A stretch of DNA of 47,244 bases, filler included, from Catajapyx aquilonaris (lineage: Eukaryota), in NCBI GenBank assembly GCA_000934665.2. It is 2 parts of 2 records of this genome, joined end to end, with 100 filler letters (N's around TTAATTAATTAA, not from the genome) between each part and the next. Parts side by side here need not be neighbours in the genome. Positions count along the whole stretch, not along the records: positions 23,768 to 47,244 come from JYFJ02005675.1; 1 more part is not named here. One strand, 5' to 3'. The notes below the pieces were generated by a model that made no database searches, was not told the DNA's origin, and saw nothing but the letters and a program-made list of their open reading frames with translations. This document shows, piece after piece, positions 35,056 through 47,244 of the stretch (its first letter is position 1; each line of letters opens with the position of its first letter). A program made the translations under genes and the position numbers.

Positions 35056-38000
35056 CAACTAAAATGTGTCAGTGACTCTCAGATACTCTCAACAAGTTCG
35101 CAGATAGCTTGTTGGAATATCGCGGGTACCTCGATTTTTGATCGAGCTTCTGATATTCTCAACGGGCAATCAAACTGTATAGTGCTAGGTCTGTTGGAAA
35201 CATGGTGCGCGATACCTGTGTCACTACCTTCCCTCGAGTGTCGATATTCTTTTTTTCAAATTCCGGCAGTGAAACTACACAAAGTTGGCCGGCCGGCAGG
35301 CGGAATGGTGTTACTAATTGCAAAAGCATGGGCTACCACTGTGGTGCGGTCCTCTGAGTGGTTTATTGCAGTCAAATTGAGTCTCGGTACTGTTTCCTTT
35401 GTGGTTATTCTTGTCTATTGTGTGCCAAGTGGCGATTTTGCTGACATGCTGAATGAACTTGCTTTGATGATCAATGATGTGTATGATGATGGTGACCCTG
35501 TTTTGCTGATGGGCGACTTTAACGCCCGGCTGGGCAATTATTTCTCTCAGATCAACCCTAGCATTAGTGGCCCCAACCAGTTGCTGGTTAGGGCATCCAG
35601 AGACAGTGTATTAAACCGCAGGGGCAAACTTTTTTGGAACTTTGCGTAGGATTTATCTCTTACGATAGTAAATGGTACCACCAGGTCAGATGCGAAAGGG
35701 GAATACACGTTCGTTTCACACCAAGGCTGTTCAGCAATTGACGTCATTGGAGTGTCCGAGTTGGCGTATAGCTGAACTCAGGACTTCCAAGTTCTAAATC
35801 AAATTGGATCCGACCATTTCCCAGTAGTCTTGTCCCTCACCCTTCCCATCTACCACGTTGCGGCGTATCGATCTACTCCTATAATGAAACTAACTCCTAC
35901 TTGGTCGCCGCTTGACCATCTGGCAGACAAAATAGAGGAATGGGACTTATTGGAACTTCCTAACCAGATGACCCCGGGCAATGACATTCAGGCGACATTG
36001 GATAGTTCGGCGATATCTTTCCAAGAAAACGCACAGGCTCTTTTGCGTGACCAAGGCTTACTCTACGAATTTAGACCACCCAGCCCTAATAACATTCGAA
36101 TAAACACAGCAAGATGGTACGACTCGGAACTTAGGTATAGGAAAAAACAGGTGCTTGCCAAATTAGAACTATGGCGGAAACAGCCGTCGCCGCAACTTCG
36201 CTGGAATATAGGTCAATGAATTCAGAATACAAAAACCTAAAGAAAGCTAAAGCAAAACGATATACAGCTGAAAGGCTGAAATTATTAACAGAGACAAAGG
36301 AGGCCAAAACTTTTTGGCGCATAATCAAGGAAACCGAGAGCAATAGGAACCGTGCCTCCATACCAGATGGGAATTGGTGGGAATACATAAACGCGGCTTT
36401 CGGTTCAGGTTGCTGATTCGACATGCCCTTGGAGCCAAGGCCGACGTGTAATACGAGATCGGACTTAATCCTTCTGAAATATATTTCTCAGGACGAGTTA
36501 TTGGCACAAATCAAGAAGTTGAACGGCAATAAATCAGTGGGACCCGACTTCGTATCAAATTCATTCCTAAAGATTGAATCGAAACCGTTGGTTGACTACT
36601 TGCTGGGTCTTTTCAATATGTGCCTTGACACGGCTTCGGTCCCCTCAAATTGGCCTAAAGCTCATGTGATACCGATTTACAAAAAAGGTGATCCGGATTT
36701 GCCTGCAAACTATCGACCAATAACGTTATTTAACAATATTTTTAAGCTTTACACTTCCGTTCTGGTCAAGAGACTACAAACCTGGCTTGAAACAAATGAC
36801 ACCCTCCCGGACAGCCAAGCGGCCTTTAGGCAGGGGCGTTGCTGCCAGGACCAAATCTATATACTAACTACATTGATACAGTCACGCTTGAGGAGACCGA
36901 AAGGGAAACTCTTTGCGCTATTCGTGGACTTATCGCGCGCTTTTGACAGTGTAGATCATGCCGCTTTGTGGAGGCAGTTAATTTCGGTTGGCTTACCTTG
37001 GAAATTTGTCACAACTATTAAGGACATATACTCCAAAGTTCGCCTAGTCCCGAAGTGCGCGCAAAGCGAGGAGTTAGCAGTTGCGATAGGGGTCCCGCAG
37101 GGCGAACCTCTTTCTCCTACACTATTTAATATCTTCATATCAGACATTGAGGAATACTTTACGAATAATGGCGCTCCAGGGATATCGATAGCTACAAATT
37201 GTCCGGACGTGCACCTTCTTGCCTACGCTGATGATCTGGTTCTTTTGTCAGACAATCCAGTATATTTCGAGAAGAACATAACCATTCTTCACAACTACTT
37301 TAAAACTAAAAATTTGACGATTAATTTGGGAAAGACGAAGGTAATGGTTTTCTCGAACGCCGGAAGAATGCACAGCCGGACTTTCTATTTGGACGCGGTG
37401 CCGCTGCAACAAGTTAAAGAATACACATATTTGGGTGTGCCTTTCTACAACAACGGAAATTTTAAACGTTCCTTGCAGTTCTTCACAGGGAAAGCGAAAG
37501 TGGCAATTCACGCGCTCTGGGCCACTCTATTGAAACTCAAGATAAGAGCTCTCAAGATGGCTCTCAGACTCTTCTACTCGAAGATTTTTCCGATACTGAC
37601 CTACGCGGCGCCGGTCTGGTCCTTGGGCTATTTTGAAGAGTTAGAAGCAATTTATAACCTATATATAAAGAAGTTTTTCGCACTGCCGAAAACTACCGCC
37701 GGATATTTTTTGCGACTCGAACTTAACTTAAAACCCATTCGACCGCGTTTGATCAAATTGCTCATACGGTTTCTTCTAAAATTGGGCAGAGCTGGAAGAG
37801 ACTCGCTGCTTCACAGAGCATTTACGTGCAGCCAAAGAACAGTATCGGGGCACAAGAAGTCAAAATGCTGGATAGAAAGGGCGAGGGTACACCTAGCGGA
37901 AGCGGATGCTGCTCTTGAATGCCTCGAGGATACTGATATGGCTGCATCCCTCGCTAAGCTGACCGAAAACTGTCACCGGGACGACTTGCTGAGACTTAAC

Positions 38001-38393
38001 TCAACTACACGATATGTAAACTATCTGGATGCTTGGCAAGACATCCTGAACATACCACCTTATTTGGACGGGTCTTTGCCACTTCCTATATCAAGGCTTA
38101 TTATCAATATTAAAAATAATTCACCATATATTCGGATAAAAGATCAGACTTTGAACTTAAACAATGATGAATACTGCGAATACTGCAATTTGGATGAGCC
38201 TTTCACTTTATATCATATAATTTACAGTTGCCCTATATTTGCAACCCCTAGACAAATTTTCCTAAATGATTTTCCGTCGGCCCCTGGTTTTAATTTAGTT
38301 CGAATGACCAATAACCTGACTCGCGAGGATCACTACAGCCTTTTTAACTTCACCTCGAATGTGCTCAGAAGAGTAACATTCTGTGCATATTGA
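35056..38393 (+). pseudogene. LINE ORF2 (AP endonuclease, reverse transcriptase, C-terminal CCHC), disrupted
   Basis: APE motifs WNI, ETW, GDFNA, SDHFP. RT motifs YRPI, DLSRAFDSV, GVPQG.PLSP.LFN, YADD, YLG. CEYC..H....CP at the end. Stops at 35647, 35773 and 36414, and one frameshift near 36195. Confidence 0.93.
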
Positions 38394-39399
38394 AGAAACG
38401 AGCAGTGAAATTCTTTTCCGCTTTCGCATGCGACATGCCGCTTCCCCAATTTCTTGGGCCCAGGTTATATACTGTATTTGTGAACTCTACAAGTGTTTTG
38501 GCCTTGTTTACCTGCTTTTTGTTAACTGATAACCCACACAGGCACCTCATGCTTCTTTCCTCGCCCCACCCTCCTTGAAATTAAGTTTGTATGGATGTCT
38601 CCCCCTAATGGCTTATGCCCAACGGGGTAAATTAAATATTTTTAAAAAAAATTATTAAGTAATCATATTGCTGTGCTTGTACTATTGGGATGTCGATCGA
38701 AGCAATTACATAAAAAGTGAGTTCCTACGCAATGGTTGTACTGGGGACCCAACTGCAGCCGCGGCCACCCCCGCACCATCGCAGCGGGGGCAGAGGCAAT
38801 TAGTTTCTGTAACTAGCTTCTGTGCAATGGTTGTACTGCTGCAGGAGGTTTTGCTTTTGATATGGTTCTTTGGTTGACTTAAAAATTGCAAGTGTTTCGG
38901 GTTTAGAGGTCTGATTTAAACGTGATCTCTCCGGAGACGTTATAGAGACAAAGTTCTGCCGACTATTATGAAAATCCTACTCAATGTTATGTTTCAAATT
39001 TTGTCTACTGACAAAGGTATCAATTTCCACTAGGGATTTTTGTCATAAGGGTATTGAATGAATATGTTAGAATTTTTTTGGATTTTTATCAGAGGTCATG
39101 CAAGATGGCCACTTTGCAGGAGACGTGAGTGGGGAAGGAGAAGGATCCTTCTCCTTCCCATTCATCCGAAGCGTAATCCATTCATGTCATCCACAACAAC
39201 AAGCTATTCTCTGCGCTGTTATAACCTTCGGGCCAAGAAGTAGCTGTAGCTATTTCCACCCCGCCCTCGCCACCCCCTCCACCTCGTCCACCCCAGACAC
39301 CGCCTGAACCATCTGACAACAGCGCGGGAAGGGGTGGGGGCGGGGCTAGAGACAGAGTTATCCAGGCATTCCAGCCTGTTCCAGCTTCGAGACGTTCGA

Positions 39400-39550
39400 G
39401 ACCGACACATTTTCAGTGCAGACCAACGCCCGTTTTCGGGACGGGACCGACAGGCATTTTCAGGCTCGGATCGACACACATTTCCCGCCCCGACCAACAG
39501 ACATTCGCATGCGCCACGCCCGTTTCCGCCTAGACCGACGCACTTTTACA
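39400..39550 (+). repeat. Degenerate ~21-24-bp tandem array (ACCGACA..ATTTTC....G)
   Basis: About six diverged units, giving RDRHIFS/DRQAFS/DRHTFP periodicity in the ORF track. Confidence 0.7.
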
Positions 39551-41190
39551 AGAAAGAATATTTTCCCCTTTTTAGCGCCATAAGGTGGGACGCATCTTTC
39601 ACCCGTCGGCGCGTCGGGATTCTTCTTCCCTGCTGGACCCCCTCTCTCGTCCTGTCTTTGCGCCTTGCTACCCGCCGTGAGTCCACACTGCAACTCAGAG
39701 TGAGACAGCTGCAGGACACTTCTTTATATTGTTAGCCTCCTCTTGTGGTTTGCAGGCAGATCAACTGAACGGGTTGGAGGAAAGGAGAGGCCTGCTACTC
39801 ATAGTTGCTGTGCTAATCTGGTGGCTAGTGTGGACTGGAAGTGACTGGTGAGTGTGTGCCCCGAGGAGGTGGCTTACTTCAGGTAATTTGCGCCTGCACC
39901 GTTGCTTTATTGACAACCATTGTGGAGTGGCGCAGGACGAGCAAGCCACTCGCTTTGCTCGCTTTTTTCTAGGCCTGTGACCTGGGGTGGTGGAAGCCGT
40001 ATTTGTAATCCCTTCGGACTTACTGCCACTGATGAGACCATCCCCCAATCATATTCACCACCCCCAGCTGTTCCTCCGTTTTAAAGTGCATTGGCATAAC
40101 TGTGATTCCGTATTAGAATAAGCCGTTCCAAATTCGACCACAATTTGTGATGAAGAGAATAGTAACAATTATGGTAGGCTGCATTTATCGCAATTTCCTA
40201 ATTTGGGGTGCAAACTGAGTCACTATATTTCCCCCTAACAGTTGAGTAGAAAACGCCTATCCCCTGCGATAGTCCCATGATACTAAGTAAGTAATTTTTT
40301 GGTTCTCTCGCCCATATCTAGCAACACATTCCTAAGCAACCGGCAATAAATTGCATGCATTTTGATCTGATATTTTATGAGCTTAAACTAAAGAAATGTG
40401 CTGCCTTCAGCGACGGATTTACAAACCCGTATCTTCCGTATAGGCCTATTCCCCATGCACATCCTCTACTCACATGGACTTGCATACGTGCCTGTATCTA
40501 AATCATCAGCGCACTTTCCGAGCAGGTTTTTCCACCTGCTCATGATCCCCCGCTTTATTTTAAACGTCCATGGAACTTCGCAGTGTTTGTATTAGATGAT
40601 AAAAAACTGGTTTCATTCTCCCCGACCCTTTCTTTTGACGTATTCGGCCTATCCCCGGGTTCAGTTTGAAATTCCGCACCCAATCCTGCTTACCGACTCG
40701 TCCTGCCAGGGCCGCTGGGGTCGTGCCAGTAAGGAACTCGTTTTGAAAAAGAAAAAAAAAGTGAGATGCTGTGTTTTACTTTGTTTTGTTCATGTTTTGT
40801 TCATGTTTATGAACGTCCACGGAGTCGGCACCACTGATCAACAACAAATTTGGTTATTGCGTCCATGTTCCAATCATCCTCCCTCCCTCCCTCCTACGCC
40901 CTTGATGTGTGGTCACCGGGGTTTAGAACACGACCGCCTTGACGTGGTGGAGCTGAGGGGACAGGGTAGGTCGTTGATGGAGCAGCGGGGAGGGGTCATG
41001 TTCGAGGTGTTTGCGGAAGAGGCGATGTTAACTCCTCGCCCTCCAACATGCAACTGAGGAGTTCCACCACCCATTGCTCATGCGTAGAGCGGAGGCCAAT
41101 CGGAAGCTTCAGGGTAACAATATGTCGCAGCAACAATAGACGTAGACCAATTGCAGGGGTGGTGGAAACAAGGATTTTAATATGATATAT

Positions 41191-41694
41191 CAGGGCTATT
41201 CAACCAGTTTATGACAAGGTCCAGTATTTACCTTACCTGGGCCATTGGAGGTCTTGACACAGACACACCCCGGTACAGATATGGGTTTTATATGGTACCA
41301 CAGGGTTCATTTTTGAAAATAGAAATATTTGCAATAGGGGTAGTAGGGCCTATCAAGAGTTCAAGACAGGACATATTAAGCCTTATCGCCCTTTGGCGCG
41401 TAGAGGCAGGATCGGGCCCCATTTCATAAGCACAATGTGAACAAGCCGTAAAGGGCGGGGAGGATGCCTGCCGCAGGTGGGAATTTTTTTGGGTTCAAGG
41501 TCACACGAGCTTAGGTGAGTGTGAGAGATTTGAATTGGTGTGTATTTGATGAAATTGATAGCATTTCCCCCCCCCAAAATCATGAATTATTAATTTCTAA
41601 CGCTATTTCAAACTGTCCTGTATGTCGTCGTGGTCCGGACAAAATTGCGGTGCGGTCTGGATCCGGACCACGGTCCGCCAATTGAATAGCCCTG
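41191..41694. mobile_element. hAT (Charlie-like) MITE
   Basis: TIR CAGGGCTATTCAA / TTGAATAGCCCTG. 8-bp TSD TGATATAT / TGATAGAT with central TA. Confidence 0.85.
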
Positions 41695-41925
41695 TGATAG
41701 ATGCTCTGATCCTGCAAAGGACACAACTGACCAGGCACACACCATGTTGGATTGGCTTCTGTGGCGGGCGAGGTATGCGTGCTCAGCCTCTTGCCTATGC
41801 ATTTAGGAGGTAGTGATACTCTCTTCCTGTGGTGGATGTTTCAAGCCCCAGAGTTCAACAGAATCCTCTCCAGATGCCACGAATGGGCGTCATTTGCGAT
41901 TTGCTTCACCTGAATACATATTAAT

Positions 41926-42273
41926 TTGCGCTACCTTTCCGTTGTATGCGGGACTGGACTTACTTCCGGTGACTGGTCCGCATTCTTCTCCAGCCTCACT
42001 TTTAAGCTGGAGAAACTGGAGTTGGTGAACACCGTTCACTTTAAGGACGAATTCTTGTTGGCCATTACGTCCAACTGTCACCATCTGACTGATCTGACCC
42101 TAGAGAGCTGTCCTGGGATCACCATAGACGGACTGATAGACCTAGTCACTCACTGCAGGTCACTCCGATCCCTGACGGTCAACTATTGCTTTCACATCGA
42201 GGAAGGCGTTTCCTTCCGCAAGTTGCACACATGCAATACCGGTCTCCACATTCAATTGAATCAGTTGTGCTAG
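41926..42273 (+). CDS. Leucine-rich-repeat (FBXL/RNI-like) C-terminal coding fragment: terminal exon or pseudogene
   Basis: KLEKLELVN, NCHHLTDLTLESCPGITIDGL and HCRSLRSLTVNYCFHI are cysteine-containing LRR units. Possible acceptor TTCTTCTCCAG at 41993. In-frame TGA upstream at 41911. Confidence 0.6.
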   Translation: MRYLSVVCGTGLTSGDWSAFFSSLTFKLEKLELVNTVHFKDEFLLAITSNCHHLTDLTLESCPGITIDGLIDLVTHCRSLRSLTVNYCFHIEEGVSFRKLHTCNTGLHIQLNQLC

Positions 42274-42955
42274 CGATGAACTTTTCATTATGATGCGGTG
42301 CACACAATGTAACATACTATTCTGGGGGGGAAAAAAAAATTCGAACCGAAATTCATCTCAATTTTTTGCGGTGCAGTGCACATGATGTAATATGTGAAGC
42401 TGTACATAACATACTAGACCGCTTGAAAAGAACGAGCCAAAGTTCGTCATTTTATAGAGCGATATTTTTCCATATATGCCGGAACTATGAAGCCTCAACA
42501 AGACCGGTATTTTATGTTTTATTAATAATATTCCTAGTACTTTATAAATCACTATTTTGTTTATTAAAAGTATATTTTTGTGTCATTGATAGAGCCATAT
42601 TTTCATACAAGATAATATGACAGCGAACAGCAGCGTTTCTGGAATGAACCATTTTTCCAATATTAAAGGTGCGTTTACATGGTGAGTGATATGATCCTGC
42701 AATGTTGCCGAGCGATGAATCCAATTGTTTGGAGCGAAAGTAACAGTCATGATAACAATATAGATTTTCACCCCAAACTCGGCGATGACATTGCGCTCTC
42801 AGATCATTCGCATGTAAACCGTCACCTGGGAGCATATACTAGTATATGTAGTATATGTAGAACGGTATATGCTCCCTGTCTCTACTGTCTGATTTATTTC
42901 ACTCCCAACAGACATCACCAAGCCCCCGCCTTCAGAAGGCGTGGGCTTGGTGATG

Positions 42956-43195
42956 GCCTGTGCGAAGGGTTGCTTCAAGACCATATAGGTACAGTCCATG
43001 GAAGGGTGGACAGGTGGAGAAGGAGAATCTCCTTCTCCACCTGTCCACCCTTCCATGGACTCAAATTGTTTTGGACACTTTATCCTGGTCTTGAAGCAAC
43101 CCTTTGCACAGGCCCCATGGTGAAGAGGTGTGTGTGTCTGAAGGGTTGCTTCAAAACCATGATAAAGGGGCCAAAACAATTTGAGCCCCATAGTA
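42956..43195. repeat. Nested palindromes, including a perfect 34-bp inverted repeat
   Basis: 42993-43026 and 43028-43061 pair perfectly with a 1-nt loop. 42956-42983 pairs with 43086-43114. ~43056-43104 pairs with ~43141-43190. Confidence 0.9.
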
Positions 43196-43746
43196 CTTGT
43201 TACCACTCACACAAGTGGTATCACAAACATGGTGATCTCTGTGTGATAGTCATTTTTGGTAACGAACCTGAGACATCTGGAAACGTTGGTTCGTTACCGG
43301 AAATAGCAAAAAATTCTCTTACGCACCCTATACCAATGATTTGGTCGTCACACTTGCAGACTTCCGTGGGAGTGATGCACAAAAGCAGTGTGCAAAGATT
43401 CAGCCCAATCTGGCCCAATACAACACCTTCATGTATTTATTTGGACGGTAACGACGAACCAGCGCATCCACCTTGCTGTCGAGCGCACTCACTCGCTCCG
43501 ATCTCGGCTTCCATCAGCTCACGACAGCGACATCCACAGTAGTCCAGAATCGTGAAAATGCGATTGTAAATAATAGCGTCTTAATTAAACTGCTCTTGAA
43601 GTATGTAAGAATTAGGTTTGGAATGTTTTTTTGGGTCCCTGATTTATATTTTGAGGCTACTGCTAACCCAGGCCTACAAAATGTATCGAAAGCTTTGCTT
43701 CTCATTGGGGAGGTGTAGGAAGAGGGTCAATAAGCAAGACGGGGTG

Positions 43747-43851
43747 GAATTTTCGCCCCACTGCTAGTTACTGCTAAGGTATAGCAGTCCCAGTGCCAAC
43801 ACTTGTAGGCTACTGCTAAGTTAGCAGTAACTAACAGTGAGACGAAAATTC
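43747..43851. mobile_element. Small hairpin MITE
   Basis: GAATTTTCGCCCCACTGCTAGTTACTGCTAA is inverted as TTAGCAGTAACTAACAGTGAGACGAAAATTC. Confidence 0.7.
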
Positions 43852-44224
43852 GACTCTCAGGGACATTAGTTCGTCGCTAATATGACAAGGACGAATTCAA
43901 CATTTTTTTCTTCTTCCAATATGGAGTTATGGTCACTGCCAGCACCGTCAAGTGTTGCGTCGCATTTTGACAAAACGGGAAACTCATATATGGGACAAGA
44001 CACTGACGTCAGAGTTGGATCCAGAAATCAAAACGTCATACAGCATCACGAAGAATCTGAATCTTACAAAAAATGACGAATACGATAGAAAGTATTATCA
44101 TCTCTTCAATACAGAGTAGTCAATGATGTTATTTCCGAGACTACATTTTTCAATGGAGATGTCCGTCAGAGCCAGCCCCTGGACACCGCTGGACACTTAT
44201 ACTACATTCTGATCTTATCGCCTC

Positions 44225-44509
44225 CCGGGGCGTTTTGCAGGAGGTGCTCAACTGAGAGCGCCATGAGACCTTTCAGAGCACTGGTATGTGGCGACCCTAC
44301 CGGACTACGCTGAACTTTATAGGTACAAAAGGGAAGCGCTATGCGGGCCCAACATGGCATCGGCGACCATGGTGGGTCCCCCAATGCAGCCCTTCCCTTT
44401 TGTACCTATAAGTTCGGCGTAGTCCGGTAGGGTCGCCACATACCAGTGCTCTGAAAGGTCTCATGGGTCATGGCGCCCTCAGGTGAGCACCTCATGCAAA
44501 ACGCCCCGG
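44225..44509. mobile_element. Hairpin / MITE with ~115-bp high-identity arms
   Basis: CCGGGGCGTTTTGCA...GTACAAAAGGGAAG is inverted at ~44392-44509. Confidence 0.85.
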
Positions 44510-45210
44510 CATGGGGTAGGTGGGGTGGGAGTGACCAGACCTGAGTATTCTAAGATCATGGTCAGAGCTCTACTTGTTCAGAGTGACTTGTTCCCCACTG
44601 TAACTCGCATTACAGTACAAATTCGTGAAAATAATCCATGCCGATCATCTGCCTTGTTCAGAGCAGCGTCACTTTCTTCATCCTGTAGGCTACAAGTCGG
44701 GTAGGGGTAGGCCTATCGAGTGAAATAAGTTCTGAGCCCCTTATCCTGAAAGGATTTTTTGCTTGAAGTAAACTTTACTCAAAGCCAAACTTCTCGAGGA
44801 AGGAACTTTGGAAAGAATAAGGGTATACTGTTCATGACGACTCTTTTAGCGGTGGGTACCTTGAAATTCAGTCAGGAGGCGACTGACCCCAGGACCCAAC
44901 TAACGAATCCCTGGGAACCTGAAAGAGACCACAAGGTATGCGGTAAGGACACCAGAAAGCACGTCTACTACTCATTTACGGGTGCATATCCCCATCTAAG
45001 GGCTTCAGTTGCAATCAAATCTGGCGCTGCTCTCTGGTCTCAGAATGCCCGATTCGAGATTTTTAGTGTCGGTTTCAGTGACAGCATATACTCGCATATT
45101 ATAACTGATCTAAACGATACCTCACATGCCACCCATTAGGCGAAAATACCATTAGACATAGCCCAGTATGGTAATTTCAAAACGGCGGTCATAGGTCACA
45201 TAACTAAACT

Positions 45211-45597
45211 AGTGACCTTATGACCTCCTGCATGTTACCTATCGTCTTAGCGGGCATCTTAGAGACCTCGAATTGTGCGGAAAGGACACCAAAATTGCCA
45301 TGGAGAGGCAATTTGGAATTTTCTAAAAAAAATATGACCTTTTTTCCAAAATGGACACTATTTTGACCCCACAAGGTCAAGGGTCAGGGTGCTGCGGGTC
45401 AAATTGATCGTCTTACTCTATGGAACGTATATGTGCAAACTGGCTTGCTTTCTGCAAGAATTTGCAGCATTTTACCGTTTTTCCAAGTGTACCGCTTATA
45501 TACCAGCACAATGGCACCGCGCTATCAAATATTTTGAGTTTCTTAACAGATGATCGCACAAATATGCCAGGGATATCGTTGTAAAGATGAGAATGTG
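45211..45597. mobile_element. Second copy of the 31087-31447 DNA-transposon-like repeat
   Basis: Direct repeat AGTGACCTTATGACCTCCTGCATGTTACC...AACAGATGATCGCACAAATATGC. Confidence 0.8.
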
Positions 45598-46409
45598 CGG
45601 ATAACAAAGCTCCGTGTGAAACAGAACCTTCGGTTTAAATTATTCCGAATAAAAAAATCTAAAGTTACTGGACTACGACTGTAACCAATGAGAATATGCA
45701 TAAACGTAGGGGTAAGCTCCAGTGGCTGCTGTGCTGATTAGCACACACCCGAGCACACACAACGGGACACACATTGATGGATCTATTCACACAACAAATC
45801 AATAAAAAATGTTGATTTAAAATATTCAGTTATTTTGGTAGAATATTAGAAGATTGTAAAACTTTCCACTTATTGCAAGCAATCTATAATATTAAATTCA
45901 CACGTTGTTTGACCGAGCTCTCTGATTGGTCCGCCGCATATTGTTGTTACCGCCGCTTCCTATAGCCTCTGATCCACGCATGCGCCATGGGGTGTAAACT
46001 ACGTCTCTACCTGGCTGGACTCTGTCCCAGTCTTCGTGGCAATATTTGCTTGTGAAATTGCGGCGCATACCGTGCATCGCATTTTTTTTTTTTTTAAAAA
46101 AAAGAGACCTGTAGTGTCCTGGCAACTAGGTTGTGTTGTCTGTTGCCCTTGTTACCAGGACACTGACGTTGTTGATTTGAATGGAATGTTAGTTCTTGTT
46201 CGATCGTCCTCCTGGACGGATGTGTTGTTATTCGAGTCCCGAATAGAGTGCCATAGTGGCTCGTAAACCTTGCCCGTGTGTTCCTGAGTTATTATTTTGT
46301 GGTGTCTCTGACGGATTCATCGTGGGGCACTACAGACCGAAAAATGCAGCAAGGTCACATTTTTGCAAGTGTACGATGATAATGAATTTTGTGGTTTTGA
46401 ATTTACCAT

Positions 46410-46553
46410 CATCAAGTAGTAGTGGTAGTCGTTGTCTAGTAGTAGTAGTAGTTGTTGTTGTTGTAGTGGTAGTAATACAGTAGTAATAATCACATGCACA
46501 TATCATCATTCCCTCGTTATTTTCTGGCACTCATCTTCTGGGTTATGCTGTGA

Positions 46554-46591
<38 letters not shown>

Positions 46592-46855
46592 AACCTATTA
46601 CATCACCCAGAAAATGCCAGCAAGTAAAGAGTTAAAGCTTTATTATCATCATCATTATTGTCATTGTCATCATCATTATGGAACAGACCAATCGCAATAA
46701 ATGTAATTCAAACCTGTTTATTATGTAAATGTGTTATTAATATTAATGCTATGTAAATATGTTGCATTTTATTAACTCGTTCAAATGGCTTTTTAACACT
46801 TCTCATCCTATTAATATATGTAATGACTAATGAATAACAGCTTTGTTGGTTAATA

Positions 46856-46890
<35 letters not shown>

Positions 46891-46943
46891 ACATAATATA
46901 TTGTATATTATTATTGTTATTGGGAAAATACTATGAAGAAGAA

Positions 46944-46994
<51 letters not shown>

Positions 46995-47030
46995 CAACAA
47001 CAACAACAAGAATGATAATGATAATTTTAA
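46410..47030. repeat. Trinucleotide microsatellite cluster (TAG/TTG, GAT, CAT, AAT, AAC)
   Basis: Read directly, e.g. (GAT)n at ~46557-46591 and ~46858-46890, (AAT)n at ~46945-46990. Confidence 0.95.
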
Positions 47031-47244
47031 GGGCGACAGCCCTTAAGTAAGACCGTAGCATAGATTTCAACAATGTTTCAACAATGAATTTTTCCTACTT
47101 GTTGCTCTTGTTCTTGTTCTTGTTACGTTTTTTTTATTCGCCCTAACTCAAGTTCTGCTGTAGGTAGAGCTTCCAAATTTTGAACACAGATCCCCACCGT
47201 CGTGACTTGATTTCCTACCATTTACACTTTTACTTAATTCCTCT

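Larger units (their letters stand above)
33913..38650 (+). mobile_element. Non-LTR retrotransposon (LINE, RTE-X-like), near full length, inactive copy
   Basis: ORF1 plus APE-RT ORF2 and a short A-tail. 15-bp TSD ATTATTAAGTAATCA at 33898-33912 and 38651-38665. Confidence 0.95.

Noticed and set aside
42679..43542. 287-aa ORF
   Set aside because: It runs through palindromic repeats and has no domain-like features, so it is likely spurious.
45895..46130. Promoter-like CpG patch (ATTGG, CGCATGCGC, GCCATGG)
   Set aside because: Short motifs only, with no associated exon identified. It may be transposon-derived.

Overview
Eukaryotic, repeat-rich, gene-poor invertebrate DNA, probably arthropod (inferred from the SINE types and a short TTAGG run). 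There is no prokaryotic or CRISPR content. An artificial 100-nt linker (44 N + TTAATTAATTAA + 44 N, 23668-23767) joins two contigs, so the halves may not be neighbours. The left half has the last two exons of a minus-strand receptor-like gene whose tail carries two ITIM-like tyrosines and a PDZ-binding end, three tRNA-derived SINEs (two Talua-like, one V-SINE), and many MITEs, one of which (hAT, 8-bp TSD) splits a 148-codon ORF. The right half has exon 1 of GMP reductase (minus strand), a ~1.76-kb palindrome lying between it and a divergent spliced transcript, a Sola-like element next to a transposase remnant, a 4.7-kb TSD-flanked but disabled RTE-X-like LINE, an LRR (FBXL-like) coding fragment, several long hairpins and microsatellites. 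The two most notable signals are: (1) LINE ORF1 and ORF2 are in the same frame, separated only by TAA-CAA-CTA, which fits the stop-CARYYA readthrough context; (2) two SINEs end in the same 3' stem-loop motif as this LINE. All family assignments come from motif recognition, not database searches.
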